From an uncultured bacterium (GTDB lineage: Bacteria; Chloroflexota; UBA5177; JANWHV01), in assembly GCA_963729625.1 (NCBI GenBank), contig CAVSOU010000008.1, positions 320,001-384,000 on the forward strand: a stretch of DNA of 64,000 bases. Direction: 5' to 3'. The position numbers and the translations under genes were made by a program. The notes under the pieces are model-generated. The model was not told the origin of the DNA, did not search any database, and saw only the letters and a program-made list of their open reading frames with translations. Position 1 is the stretch's first letter; each line of letters opens with the position of its first letter. Below are positions 1-10,522 of this stretch, piece by piece.

Positions 1-1
1 C

Positions 2-169
2 GCCTGCCGACCCGTGCCACCTGCCGAGCTAGCGCACTGGCTGCAGTCCGTGGCGCCACAACTGGTCGGTGGCGGCACGCGTGAGGATGCCATGGTGACC
101 GAGGACCGACGAGCCCGCACGGGCTCCGTGCATCGACGGTCTCAGGTCGAATGCGAAGTTGCGCGCTGA
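2..169 (+). CDS. 3' end of a gene cut by the window edge; possibly the C-terminus of an EAL-domain protein
   Basis: Frame 2 reads ACRPVPPAELAHWLQS...*, resembling the EAL C-terminal 'SRPLPAxELxxWL' ending; only a short fragment is visible. Confidence 0.35.
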   Translation, partial: ACRPVPPAELAHWLQSVAPQLVGGGTREDAMVTEDRRARTGSVHRRSQVECEVAR

Positions 170-632
170 CGTATCGTCACACCAGATATCTGCCCCGCGG
201 AATCGACTGCTCTCCGTATCGGCGACGCCCGGCTTACTCACGGGCGGGCGCTCGCACAAGGCAGCTCGCCCGAGTACGCACGGAGCACGCCTTATCGCAA
301 GCTGACCGCATGGCCGATGGCAGAGGCAGTCGCCACCGATCGGTGATGACGTGGTCGGTGTACAAGCAGGCAGATACCGGCTGGGGATGAGCGTTTGTGC
401 ATTCGGCAGGCGCTTGAGTGTACGTGTTCGTTGCAGGCGTGCACGGCATGTGAGCGGTGCATTGCTCTGCCGTCGGCGCTCGCGTATGATTTGACGCAGG
501 AACGCCCTTCGAACGAGAATCCAGCAGTGGGTGTCGGGAGCTACTGAGCAAAGAAGTAGCGCCGCATGTTGAGCTCGTCGTGGGCTTGCTCTGAGTCTCT
601 GCCGTGATGCGTTATCGGAGATAGCAAGGAGA

Positions 633-1436
633 GTGAGTGCGATGGACCTGGAATTACGTGGGAAGACGGCGCTCGTCACCGGCGGGTCAATAGGCATCGG
701 CCTCGCGGTAGCGCGTGCGTTCGCCGCGGAAGGCGTTCGCGTGGCGATCTGTGCCAGGGACGCACAGCGGGCCCAGGACGCGGTGGCGGCCATCGCCAAG
801 GAGTTCTCCATCGAGACTCTTGCCGTTGCCGGTGATGTCGCCAAGGCCGGCACGGCCGAGGCGTGCGTTGGCCAGGTTGAAGGTGCCTTTGGCGGTGTGG
901 ATATCCTCGTCAACAATGCAGGCACCGGTTCCTCCGAAACGATCATGGATGCGGCGGACGAACGCTGGCAGTACTATTGGGACCTCCACGTTATGGCGGC
1001 CGTCCGATTCGCCAGGGCGGTGGTTCCGTCCATGAGAAAAAGGGGCGGCGGCGTCATCGTGAACACGGCCTCGATCTGCGCAAAGCAGCCACTCAGCTAC
1101 GAACCGATCTACAACACGACAAAGGCCGCCCTGGTCATGTTCGGCAAGTGCCTCGCCAACGAGCTCATCGGCGACAATATTCGCGTCAATACGGTGAGTC
1201 CTGGTCTCATACTGACGCCCGACTGGCGCAAGACGGCGAACATTCTGACCGCCGGAACGACCACCACCGCGGACGAATACCTCGATAAGATCGCAAAAGA
1301 CAACGCGCCCATAGGCCGTTTCGCAAGTCCCGAGGAGCTTGCGAGCTTCTACCTGTTCCTGTGCTCGCCTCGAGCGAGCTACTGCGTCGGCTCGACGTAC
1401 TACGTCGATGGGGGCTGGCTCAGGACGGTCGAGTAA
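633..1436 (+). CDS. SDR family NAD(P)-dependent oxidoreductase
   Basis: TGGSIGIG, NNAG, YNTTK catalytic motif, VDGG at the C-terminus; AGGAG RBS. Confidence 0.95.
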   Translation: MSAMDLELRGKTALVTGGSIGIGLAVARAFAAEGVRVAICARDAQRAQDAVAAIAKEFSIETLAVAGDVAKAGTAEACVGQVEGAFGGVDILVNNAGTGSSETIMDAADERWQYYWDLHVMAAVRFARAVVPSMRKRGGGVIVNTASICAKQPLSYEPIYNTTKAALVMFGKCLANELIGDNIRVNTVSPGLILTPDWRKTANILTAGTTTTADEYLDKIAKDNAPIGRFASPEELASFYLFLCSPRASYCVGSTYYVDGGWLRTVE

Positions 1437-1866
1437 ACCAATCGCCCTTGTGCTTCTGGCGGTAGTGCACGGTCTGTAACGACACGTTCCCCTCGCCGCG
1501 CGCGGTTTTCACCACAGCTTGCATATGCTGCTCCCGACCGAATCAACCTGTACCGCCGGTTCCCAGGGCAAAGGTTCGCCGCGGGACCATACCAGATCGT
1601 AGGAGGAAGCGCGGCCCGACCGCAAGACAAGTTCGAAGGCCGGGCTCCTGTGTGCGAGCGCGATGCTCGGCACGACACCGCGGCGCCGTCCGCGTCCAAG
1701 CTTAAAGGCGCCGACGTGGTGCCCTTTCCGTTCATGACTGCTGTATGCGCGCTAACTGCCCAAGCGAATCCGAAGCAATGGAGCGCCGCTTCGTATCAAA
1801 TTGCTGGGTAGCATTGAGTGTTAGGGGCTCCGGTATGCCCGGACCAAGGACCGAAAGGAAACTGTA

Positions 1867-3165
1867 GTGAACGCACGCTCGTCGTTGCTCACTCGCGGCC
1901 TCACTCTTCTGGCGCTCATGCTGGCAACCGTGGGGCTCACTGCCGGACAGGCCCCGGACTCGGCCTATGCACAGGCCGCCGCCCAACGTGCCGGCGCTCC
2001 CGCCGCGAGCACTTGCTCGCTGCCGCTGATCCACGACAGCTATGACGGGTTCCATGTCGGCGTGCCTGCTGGCTGGAACCTCTCGACCATCAATGACACC
2101 ATCCTTCTCACCAAGGATCCCTCCGGCGCCGAGGCGGCGCTCGTCTATCCCGCGGTGCAGACCAACGGTCTCACCCCTGCCCGCTTCTTTGCCGCCTACA
2201 GCCATCTTCTGCAGCAGAGTGTGGCAGCCGCGGGCGGCAGCCTGTCGTTCCGCATGGTCGGTACATCCGGCGGCCTGCCGCAGGCGGCTGTCATCGAGCG
2301 GAACGGACGGGTAACTGTGCAGGGACGCGCGGTGGTCACGCTGCTTCGCCGCCAAACGGCGCGTGGAGCCTACCTGCTTGTGTTTTCCGCCTACTGGGCG
2401 CCCGCGAGTCGCCTTGCGGCCGACGCGGCGATGCTGGCTGCCATCGGGCCCTGCTATGGACCGGAGGCAGGCACACTGTATCAGGTTTACCAGGACCAGG
2501 TGTTCGCGTTCGCGTTGCCGCTGGGCTGGCAGGTAACCAATGAGGGGCAGGACAACCTGGATCTGATCGGTGACGGGAAGCGCGCGAAGGTCAGCTACCT
2601 GGCCATGGTCGCGCAGAGCAGCCAGGTGGGGACCACGCCGACATCGGTACTGAACGCTGTCTTCAGCCCGGCCCATATCCAGATTGACCGCGTCCTGTCG
2701 TCAGTCAATCTCGGCAGTCAGCAGACCGTCACCGGTGGCCAGGCGTCGGGGGAGCGGCTGGAGTTCCTGGGACGATACAGCAACGTCGCGATCCACGGCC
2801 TGGTCTATGTCGAGATCGCCGTGGACGGCTCGATCTCCAGCGGAGTACTGCGCGTGGCGATGGCTACCCGGGATCGCTGGAATGCGGACAACAGCGGGCT
2901 GATCAAGGTGATGACGAGCATCCGGCACAGCATGGCGCAAGACAACCAGCAGTATCAGCACCTTACCCAGCAATGGCAGCACTTCGCCCAAACCACCCAA
3001 CAATTCGACGATGTGCTCAATGGGGTCGAGGAAGTCCGGGACCCCACGACCGGCACGGTGTATGCAGCCCCTTATGATTCCTACAAGGTCAACGGTCCGG
3101 ACGGCCCTGGGTACTACGTGAATGACGGCGGCTTCCAGCAGCGACTGCAGCCTGTCAGCAATTGA
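1867..3165 (+). CDS. Secreted hypothetical protein
   Basis: Signal peptide ending AYA; two 'xPxGW' PsbP-like starts; C-terminal FDDVLNGVEEVRDPTTG; GAAAGGA RBS. Confidence 0.8.
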   Translation: MNARSSLLTRGLTLLALMLATVGLTAGQAPDSAYAQAAAQRAGAPAASTCSLPLIHDSYDGFHVGVPAGWNLSTINDTILLTKDPSGAEAALVYPAVQTNGLTPARFFAAYSHLLQQSVAAAGGSLSFRMVGTSGGLPQAAVIERNGRVTVQGRAVVTLLRRQTARGAYLLVFSAYWAPASRLAADAAMLAAIGPCYGPEAGTLYQVYQDQVFAFALPLGWQVTNEGQDNLDLIGDGKRAKVSYLAMVAQSSQVGTTPTSVLNAVFSPAHIQIDRVLSSVNLGSQQTVTGGQASGERLEFLGRYSNVAIHGLVYVEIAVDGSISSGVLRVAMATRDRWNADNSGLIKVMTSIRHSMAQDNQQYQHLTQQWQHFAQTTQQFDDVLNGVEEVRDPTTGTVYAAPYDSYKVNGPDGPGYYVNDGGFQQRLQPVSN

Positions 3166-3313
3166 GCTGAACCTCGCGGCCGCACCTTCGGTACGTGAAG
3201 GCGCCAACGAAACCGCCTTCTACTCCGCAAATAGCTAAGCGATCCCGTGGCCAAAGCGCTCGTTCTCCTGGTTCTTGCCAGCCTGCGAGGAGTCCCTCGC
3301 CTCCCAGCACGGC

Positions 3314-5188
3314 TCAGCCGGTCGCTGTCGGCGTGGGTACCGGGCTTCCGGCCACGCCGATCTCCCCCGCGGTGTTATTGGTGTAGGTCACGCCGGTGAC
3401 CGTCGCACTGGCCTGGCTATCGCTCGATGCGTAGTCTATGCCGAAGCCGGCGTTGTCGTGGATGCTCGTCTTCACCAGACTGACCGGGTGCGTGTCCTGG
3501 CCGATAAGCAATCCGTCGCCCAAGCTCCGGGCAATCTCGCTGTTCGCGATCGTGACCCCGCCATCGGTATTCAGGTTCAGGGCAGCTTTGTTGCCGCCAG
3601 AGTCCGCGCCGGCATATCGCACGTCCAGGCAGTCGGCGCTGAGCTTGGCGTGGTCGCTCACCTGGAGGCCTATCCAGTCACCCGGCGCGGCTTTGCTGGC
3701 GCTGCCGTCGCCATTGGTGTCGCCTTTCACCGCATCGTCCTGGAACGACGTCATGACCACCGGCTTTTGCAGCGTGCCATTCACCTGCAGGGAGGCGTTG
3801 CCCGCGATGGAAAGATACACCGGCGACACGTCTTCGGCGGTCTTGGCGGCCTTGAGCATCACACCAGGACCGATCGTCAGCTGGGTGTTGCCCTCAACCG
3901 TGATGTTGTCCGTCATCACAAAGGGAACGGCTGTGAGCGAGAGCGTGAGTGGTGGGCCGGACTGGACATCCATGCCCGGCAGGAAGACCCCGGGCTGGGT
4001 ATTGGGGGACATGTTCTTGGGCGTGAAGTTCAGGCTGTTGTCGAGTGTCAGTCCCGGGCCTGCCAGCAACGGGCGGTGATTGCCCGAGAACACCGTGTTC
4101 TTGATCACCGTGCTGGCGTCCGCATACTGTGCATCGATACCGTAGAGGCTGTTGTCGGCGATAAGGGTGTACGTAATTGCGAGGCGGGAGTTCTTGCCCT
4201 CGTCGCTAATGACAAGAGCGGCGTTGTGGCTTGACTTCGACCCGCCGCCGTAAGCCACGATGGCGTTATTGAGGCTGATCGAGCCACCATCCAGGACCCC
4301 GAGAGCGCTCCAATCGCCGGCATGGGCACACACTTTGCCCTGAGGACATGGGGCCAGGCCGGAGGAGGGGATGGCGCCACGCGCCTGATCGTACTCGGAG
4401 GTGAAGTAAGTCGGCTGATCGACGGTACCGTTCGCGACGAGCTTGCCGCTGACGTCGAGTGAGGCAACTCCATCACCACCCGGTTGGCCGCCGGCAAGCC
4501 CCACGATCACGCCTGGGTCGACCGTCACGGTCGCCTTGCTCTCCACATAGAAGTCGCCGTAGTCGAGCTGGTACGGGCAGCCGCGCGTGGTCCATTCCTG
4601 GCTCTTCACAATTTCACTTTGGCTCGTCATGTCGGTCGGGCCGTCGAAACAGGGGGTCAGCCAGGGGAAGTAGCCCACGCGGATGGACTCTACCTTCGCA
4701 TTCGTCTTGTCGAGGTCAAAGTAGGTGTGTACAGGGTTGGCGACGCTGGCCGCGATCACCGTGGTGCCGACGAGGTAGAAGCTGCTGCCGTTGAACTTGA
4801 TGCCTTTGATGGCCTTCACATCACTGGCGGGGCTGCCGACGTGAATTCCCGTCTTGCCCGACTTGGTGGCGAAGGCAGGCGAGGTCGTCTCAATGCCCAC
4901 GACCTGTCCGGCGTAGACGCGCACAAGGAGTTTGCCGCCCGCCGGCTCTTTCAGACTCACCTGCGTCTTGCTCTTGTCCGCGGCCGCGCCGTTGCCCAGC
5001 GCCGTCATCAAGCCCTTCACGCCACCCGAAGGTAAAGGTCCAAGCTTCACGGGGCCCATGGATACCCCGACCACAATGAGCGAGGGCGCGGCAGAGGCTG
5101 CCCGCACGTTGGCGGTTGGCTGGCCGGCCGCCATGACGACCGCGAGGGAGACGATGCTGAACAGGGGCACGAAGCGATGGTGTTTCAC
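3314..5188 (-). CDS. Secreted right-handed beta-helix (pectin-lyase-like) repeat protein
   Basis: Signal peptide; duplicated 'L.vNGT...P...TS..D...GDW..L.V' motif; I..N...GI beta-helix repeats; AGAAAGGAAAGG RBS. Confidence 0.85.
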   Translation of the reverse strand: MKHHRFVPLFSIVSLAVVMAAGQPTANVRAASAAPSLIVVGVSMGPVKLGPLPSGGVKGLMTALGNGAAADKSKTQVSLKEPAGGKLLVRVYAGQVVGIETTSPAFATKSGKTGIHVGSPASDVKAIKGIKFNGSSFYLVGTTVIAASVANPVHTYFDLDKTNAKVESIRVGYFPWLTPCFDGPTDMTSQSEIVKSQEWTTRGCPYQLDYGDFYVESKATVTVDPGVIVGLAGGQPGGDGVASLDVSGKLVANGTVDQPTYFTSEYDQARGAIPSSGLAPCPQGKVCAHAGDWSALGVLDGGSISLNNAIVAYGGGSKSSHNAALVISDEGKNSRLAITYTLIADNSLYGIDAQYADASTVIKNTVFSGNHRPLLAGPGLTLDNSLNFTPKNMSPNTQPGVFLPGMDVQSGPPLTLSLTAVPFVMTDNITVEGNTQLTIGPGVMLKAAKTAEDVSPVYLSIAGNASLQVNGTLQKPVVMTSFQDDAVKGDTNGDGSASKAAPGDWIGLQVSDHAKLSADCLDVRYAGADSGGNKAALNLNTDGGVTIANSEIARSLGDGLLIGQDTHPVSLVKTSIHDNAGFGIDYASSDSQASATVTGVTYTNNTAGEIGVAGSPVPTPTATG

Positions 5189-5266
5189 GATCGGTCCTTT
5201 CCTTTCTCCGCAATGCCATCCACGGTCTCGCTGCCGTTCAAGAAGACGCCATGCCGGCTCGTCACC

Positions 5267-6232
5267 TCAGCGCACGGTGTACGTCACTTGGTAATAGACG
5301 CCCCCGGTACCGGTTGCCGTTCCCGCCATGACCACCAGCTGGTAGGTGCCCGGTGGCAGCCGCGGGGAGGGAGCGACCTTGACCGTAACCGTGTTCCCCT
5401 TCACCAACTGATCAATGAGCTGGGCCACTGATACCGTTGCTGTGTCAACGAGTGTGATTGTGACCCGCGTATACCTGGGAAGCGCGGCCGCGAAGATCAC
5501 GGTGAAGGTCATCCCAGCGGATATTCGGCTGCCAGGAGCCGGGCAGATCCCGACTAGCTTGGGGAAATCGCCGTCGACAGGAACCGCGTGCGGCAGCTTG
5601 CACGTCGCAGGCAACCAGATGGCTGCGGAAGGCGTGGTGCCTGCGGAGGGCGTGACGGGCACCGTATACGTCCCTTGGTAGAAGACCTCGCCGGAGTCGG
5701 TGGTCGCGGCAACGTGCAGCGTGTAGGAGCCCGGCTTCAACGGCCACAAGGGGTCGACGGTGACTGTCGCGGCCTTGCCGTGCACTACCGCATCTTTCAG
5801 GGCAGCCTCTCCTCCCGGCCCGCTGAGCATGATCACGAGGTACGCATGCGCAGGCAGGGAACCCCCGAAGGTCACCGTAATGGTCGGCCTCGAGGACAGT
5901 GGCCCACCCGGAGCCGGGTCAATGCGGATAATGTCGGGGATGTCGCCGCTGCCCAGCGCGAGTGGCAGCCCGCCGGTGACCGTGGCCGCCGGCTGCACGG
6001 TCTTGTCCTTACCGCTCCGGCCGGCGTCCAGGCTCATGGCGCGCATGACGCCATGGTTCTCGCCAGTGATCACGCCGGTGACGGACGTGGCAAAGTGATG
6101 GCCGAGGGAAGCTCTGGCGGCGAGGGGCGCCGCGGAGACCGGCCCTCGGACGGTCGCGCGCGCAGGCAAGGCGATGCTTGCCAGGCCGAGCAAAGCAAGG
6201 CCAGCCAGCCCGAGGGCTCGCAGACTAATCAC
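5267..6232 (-). CDS. Secreted protein with two tandem Ig-like (CopC/Big_5-like) domains
   Basis: Signal peptide; two internal repeats 'PAPG...TV.F...LP...P...L.PG.Y.L.V...YTV'. Confidence 0.8.
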   Translation of the reverse strand: MISLRALGLAGLALLGLASIALPARATVRGPVSAAPLAARASLGHHFATSVTGVITGENHGVMRAMSLDAGRSGKDKTVQPAATVTGGLPLALGSGDIPDIIRIDPAPGGPLSSRPTITVTFGGSLPAHAYLVIMLSGPGGEAALKDAVVHGKAATVTVDPLWPLKPGSYTLHVAATTDSGEVFYQGTYTVPVTPSAGTTPSAAIWLPATCKLPHAVPVDGDFPKLVGICPAPGSRISAGMTFTVIFAAALPRYTRVTITLVDTATVSVAQLIDQLVKGNTVTVKVAPSPRLPPGTYQLVVMAGTATGTGGVYYQVTYTVR

Positions 6233-6297
6233 ATGAGCATCCTTTCATCATTGCCGGGGGCTCGACGTTCACACCCATGCCTCCAGGGCCCGGCACT

Positions 6298-7509
6298 TCA
6301 AGGTGTTCCCGAGCTTGGGGGATTCTTGAGCTCGAGAGACCACGTCACTTCGCGCTTAAAGGTTCCGTCAGGGGTGACGAGGGGCGGGGGTGATGGAGGG
6401 CTCTTGAGGACGTAGGGATGCTTGGGATCCAGCTTGCCCGTGAGCGTCCTGGGAAGGACGTCTCCCTTCTCGGTGCCCGGCGGACGCGGAGCTGTTGGCT
6501 CCCGCGGCGTGCACAGTGGCGCGGAATACTCGTCTTTCTCGATTGTATACTCGAGCCTCTTTTCAACTATGTTTAGTGCTCCAGGTACCGCGATTGAATA
6601 GGTCCCGCTGTCCCGGTTAAGGACGATGCCCACATTGTCGTTCCAGGTGTCCTTATTGGTTCCGTCCTCCTTCAGGTGCTCGACGGTCCTATCGGTCTTC
6701 TCAACAACGAGGCCTTTACAATCGTCATTAAACGCCATAATCCCGCTTGTGTCGGCCGTGGTCGTCTCTGTGTAGTCGATTATCGCCATCGGCTGATTAA
6801 CGTCGCCGGTTGACTTCGAGCGAGTGCTTGGCGGCACGAGCCGAACGCTCTCCAGGGTGTGGAAGTGGGACGTGGCGGAATTCGCGCCTGCGCCCTTACC
6901 GCTCGGCTTGGACGTAAGATCTGCGTCCTCCTCGATGGTTATCGATCCGGCCCAGTAGGTCTGGCACAGCCCGACGTTCAGCTTGTTCACCGCGGCTTCG
7001 GCCAGATCCGTCAGCACGCTGCCATTCTTGCCCGTGCCCGTAACTATCTGGGTATCCACGTACTGCGACGTCGTCGGGTCCACCACTTGCACCGTCACGC
7101 TATACAGATCGTCCCTCACTGAGTACGAGACGAAGACTAGGGTGGCGTCCATACCGGCCGCGATGTTTTCCATAGCCCTTGGCAGCCCCTCGCCGCCCGC
7201 GAGTTGTTGTTGTTTACTTAACGCCATGAGCTTGCCGTTGAGCGAAGCGGACGTGATCCTGGCGCACGGATACTTGGCCCCCAGCTGCATGACCACCGCA
7301 TTTCCGGTCTCCTCGCTATCTCCAGCCGCCCCGTGCTCTTCCGGGTTGCCGGCATTGTAGCTGCCGGTGACAGGCGCCACGAAGACTTTGTCCTGGCTAG
7401 CGGTCGCGCCGGCACGTGCTGGCCTGCCGGAGAGCGGCGCCCAGGGCAGCGTGACAAGCACCACGACGGTGCATACCAGGGCTCGAATCCATCGGCCTTT
7501 CGTGCTCAT
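6298..7509 (-). CDS. Secreted hypothetical protein
   Basis: Long ORF with signal peptide (ARA cleavage); first gene downstream of the riboswitch. Confidence 0.8.
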   Translation of the reverse strand: MSTKGRWIRALVCTVVVLVTLPWAPLSGRPARAGATASQDKVFVAPVTGSYNAGNPEEHGAAGDSEETGNAVVMQLGAKYPCARITSASLNGKLMALSKQQQLAGGEGLPRAMENIAAGMDATLVFVSYSVRDDLYSVTVQVVDPTTSQYVDTQIVTGTGKNGSVLTDLAEAAVNKLNVGLCQTYWAGSITIEEDADLTSKPSGKGAGANSATSHFHTLESVRLVPPSTRSKSTGDVNQPMAIIDYTETTTADTSGIMAFNDDCKGLVVEKTDRTVEHLKEDGTNKDTWNDNVGIVLNRDSGTYSIAVPGALNIVEKRLEYTIEKDEYSAPLCTPREPTAPRPPGTEKGDVLPRTLTGKLDPKHPYVLKSPPSPPPLVTPDGTFKREVTWSLELKNPPSSGTP

Positions 7510-7792
7510 TCTCACTGCTCATACCCCCAACCTGTGCTCTTCACGCCCCCCGCTGGCGGCCATCAGCATGTGTCGCCGATCGCGATCGGCCCTAGCACTT
7601 CACACATTCAGGATCGCGACCGAGACTTGCCCTTCACGTACACGAGCGACAAGTGCCCGCGCTCTGGAGGCCGCTGCCTATCCTGCTCCTCCCGAAGGGA
7701 TGGTCTAGGCTTCGTCGAGCTCCCGTCCAGGATCAGCGCGTATGCACAGTGCGCAGGCCCTAGTATCCGCTGGTCCACCGCCCAGCGCGGAC

Positions 7793-7830
7793 AGAAAAAA
7801 CCGGCGCGCGACACTCGTCGTGGCCGGTTT
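7793..7830 (-). terminator. Intrinsic terminator overlapping the 3' end of the riboswitch aptamer
   Basis: Minus strand AAACCGGC-CACGAC GAGT GTCGCGC-GCCGGTTTTTT: hairpin followed by a U-tract. Confidence 0.75.
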
Positions 7831-7954
7831 CACCAGTGGCTCGCTGCAGTCGGGGTGGCCAAGCGAAGGTAAGACTCAAGAGGAGCTGATGCTCGCTGGA
7901 TCGTCAGCACCTGATGGCGTCGAACCCGCTCAAAGACTACAGGTCTTCGCATCC
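7822..7954 (-). promoter_or_regulatory. c-di-GMP-II-like riboswitch aptamer with a ~65-70 nt insertion
   Basis: GGAUGCGAAGAC-CUGUAGUC...UUGGCCAC-CCC-GACUGCAG-CGAGCCACUGGUGAAACCGGCC matches the class II layout (paired stem, GGYCAC/GUG pseudoknot, 3' GUG-N3-CCGRCC). Confidence 0.7.
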
Positions 7955-8190
7955 ACTACAAGCTCAATCGTACACCCGTGCGTCAAGCGCTGTTTCCGTC
8001 AGGCTAGCGGACCCGCGGACGGAACCGCGTCGGGCCCAGCGCAGGTCGGAAACCGCAGGCAGCGCTCGTGCCGAGACTCCGGTGCGTCAAGATTCAGACG
8101 CGCAGCACGAACTGGCCGTACCGTTCCAGGGATTCGTCGTGCGTCGGCAGTTCAGTCGGCGTGGGGTCAGACAGCGCCCAACGGGTGCGT

Positions 8191-9234
8191 TCAGGACACC
8201 GGCAGCACCATTGCTCGGATGACGCCGTCGGCGTAGCTCGACGCCGTCTCCAGCGCCGCTTTCGCCTGATCCAGCGGCCAACGATGCGTCGCCAGGGATG
8301 CCACATCGATCTGCTTGCCCACCACCAGGTCAATTGACGGCCCGTAAGCGTGCTTCATGCGCCGTGATAACCGGATGGTCAAGCCCTTTCGCCGCGCTGC
8401 CGACGCTCTGACGGTCAGCACATCTTCGAGTGGAATGCCGACCACCACCACGCGGCCGCCGAGGCGAACAGCTTCGACACACTGGCTGGCCGTCCTATCC
8501 ACCCATGCCGACTCGATGGCCACATCTACACCGCGGCCTTCTGTGGCCTGGTGGACGGCTGCGACGACGTCTTCCCGATCCGCGTTGGCGGTCGCCGTGG
8601 CGCCCATCCTGCGCGCCATGTCGAGGCGCCACTCGTACAGGTCCGACACGAAGATGCGCTTGGCGCCGGCCAATCGCGCCAGCTGGACCAGCAGCAGTCC
8701 GATGCCGCCGGCCCCGACGATCAGCACATCGTCGTTGACCCCGATCTTGGCAAGTTGGCTGGCGTGCAGCGCGACGCCGAGCGGCTCGAGCAACGCCCCG
8801 GCCACGGAGTCAATTCCGGCCGGCAGCGGCACGCACTGCCTGGCCGGATGTACCATGCGCTCGCGCAACGCTCCATGACGAGGGTAGATGCCAAGGAACT
8901 CCAGGTGCATGCAGAGATTCGGGTTTCCCTCCAGGCAGCGTTCACACTGTCCACACGCGATGCCCGGATCGATGGCCACGGACTGCCCGACACGGAATCT
9001 GTCCGCCGTCCCTTCGCCAAGCGCAATGATCCGTCCAGCGGCTTCGTGACCCAACACCAGCGGACTCTCGATCGTCACGCCCCCGATCTGACCGTCGAGA
9101 AAGTTGTGCAGATCGCTCCCGCAGATGCCGACCGCGGTCACCTCGAGCAGCAGCTCGCCCCGAGCCGGTATCTCATCGGGCATGGACTCGATCCGCATGT
9201 CTCGCGGACCATAGAGCAGCGCGGCTTTGACCAT
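8191..9234 (-). CDS. Zn-dependent alcohol/polyol dehydrogenase (sorbitol/L-iditol DH-like)
   Basis: GICGSD, GHE, CGQCERC-x7-C, GAGGIG. Confidence 0.93.
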   Translation of the reverse strand: MVKAALLYGPRDMRIESMPDEIPARGELLLEVTAVGICGSDLHNFLDGQIGGVTIESPLVLGHEAAGRIIALGEGTADRFRVGQSVAIDPGIACGQCERCLEGNPNLCMHLEFLGIYPRHGALRERMVHPARQCVPLPAGIDSVAGALLEPLGVALHASQLAKIGVNDDVLIVGAGGIGLLLVQLARLAGAKRIFVSDLYEWRLDMARRMGATATANADREDVVAAVHQATEGRGVDVAIESAWVDRTASQCVEAVRLGGRVVVVGIPLEDVLTVRASAARRKGLTIRLSRRMKHAYGPSIDLVVGKQIDVASLATHRWPLDQAKAALETASSYADGVIRAMVLPVS

Positions 9235-9259
9235 GGTCTTTCCTTGCCTGAATAGTTCT

Positions 9260-10279
9260 TTACAACTCAATCAAGACTTTCATGGAGTGGCCGTGTGACT
9301 CCTCAATCGTCTTGTACGCTTCCAGGTAGTCCTGGAAGGCGAAGCGATGAGTCACCAGTGGGTCGAGATGCAGCTTCTGCTGCTCGAGCAACACGACCGC
9401 CCGCTCGAAGTCGTGCCTCAGGTACATCAGCGTACCGGTCACGGTCAGCTCACGATCTTGAACCAACCCCATGTCAACCACCGGCTTCTTGCCAAACACA
9501 CCGACCACAACGATCGTGCTGCCTTTACGGGCGCACGCAATCGCTTGCGTTATGGTCTGCTCCGCGCCGACACAGTCCAGGATCACGTCTGCCTTATCGG
9601 GGCCGAATGTCGCCAAGATAGCGGCGCCTAAGTCCTCTGTTTGCGTGTTCACGGTGTGCTCAATACCGCTGGCGCGGGCTTTATCGAGCCTGTAGGCGCT
9701 CAGGTCCGTGATCAGCACTCCCGCGGCTCCTTCAGCGCGAGCCACCTGGCCCACGAGGTTGCCGATCGTTCCCGCGCCGAGCACGACCACGTTCTTACCC
9801 TGCACCGTGCCCGCGCGCGCAAGGGCATGCACAGCGACCGCAATCGGCTCGATCATCGCTGCATGATCGAGCGAGATAGACTCCGGAATCTTCAGAACCT
9901 TCTCGGCGTCCACTGAGAAGTACTCCTGGGCTGCGCCGCCGGTCTGGAAGCCCATCACTTTCAACTGATCGCAAATGTGGTACATGCCATGCCGGCAGGG
10001 GTAGCACTCGCCGCATACTACCTGTGGCATGACAATCACTTTGTCGCCCAGCGCAAAGCCTCGCACGTGCGCGCCGATCTCGGCTACGGTGCCACTCACC
10101 TCATGGCCCTGCACCACCGGATAGCTGGTGTATGGATGCAGCCCGTGATAGACGTGGATATCCGATCCGCACACTCCGACCCGCCTGATCTGGATCAATA
10201 CCTGGTTATCCTCGATCGCCGGTCGCTCGACTTCACGAATGGTAATCGCTCCAGGTTGGGTCATCACGGCCTGTCGCAT
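9260..10279 (-). CDS. Zn-dependent alcohol/polyol dehydrogenase
   Basis: GVCGSD, GHE, CGECYPC, GAGTIG; GAGGAGG RBS. Confidence 0.93.
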   Translation of the reverse strand: MRQAVMTQPGAITIREVERPAIEDNQVLIQIRRVGVCGSDIHVYHGLHPYTSYPVVQGHEVSGTVAEIGAHVRGFALGDKVIVMPQVVCGECYPCRHGMYHICDQLKVMGFQTGGAAQEYFSVDAEKVLKIPESISLDHAAMIEPIAVAVHALARAGTVQGKNVVVLGAGTIGNLVGQVARAEGAAGVLITDLSAYRLDKARASGIEHTVNTQTEDLGAAILATFGPDKADVILDCVGAEQTITQAIACARKGSTIVVVGVFGKKPVVDMGLVQDRELTVTGTLMYLRHDFERAVVLLEQQKLHLDPLVTHRFAFQDYLEAYKTIEESHGHSMKVLIEL

Positions 10280-10399
10280 GGTTACCTCCTCTGACTGCTG
10301 CTGTCTGCTTCGCTGATCCGGTCACACCATCGATGCCCGTGTCGCCGCCGAGGTATCTTCTGCCATCGCGGCCTCCTTGAGACCCGGTACAGCCTCATC

Positions 10400-10522
10400 C
10401 TGTTCGGCTGAATGGGCAATCCGCCGGAACCGCGCGGGCTCGCGGTGTATCTTGCCTCGGATGCCTCCAGCTCCATGACGGGCAGTGACCTTATGATAGA
10501 CGGTGACCGCACCTGTTGGCAG
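10400..10522 (+). pseudogene. C-terminal remnant of an SDR
   Basis: MGNPPEPRGLAVYLASDASSSMTGSDLMIDGDRTCW is a degenerate SDR C-terminus; no N-terminal part. Confidence 0.7.

Noticed and set aside
1560-1620. c-di-GMP-I-like 'GGGCAAA' start
   Set aside because: Lacks the GNRA loop, the GGACGCAAAGC junction and P3
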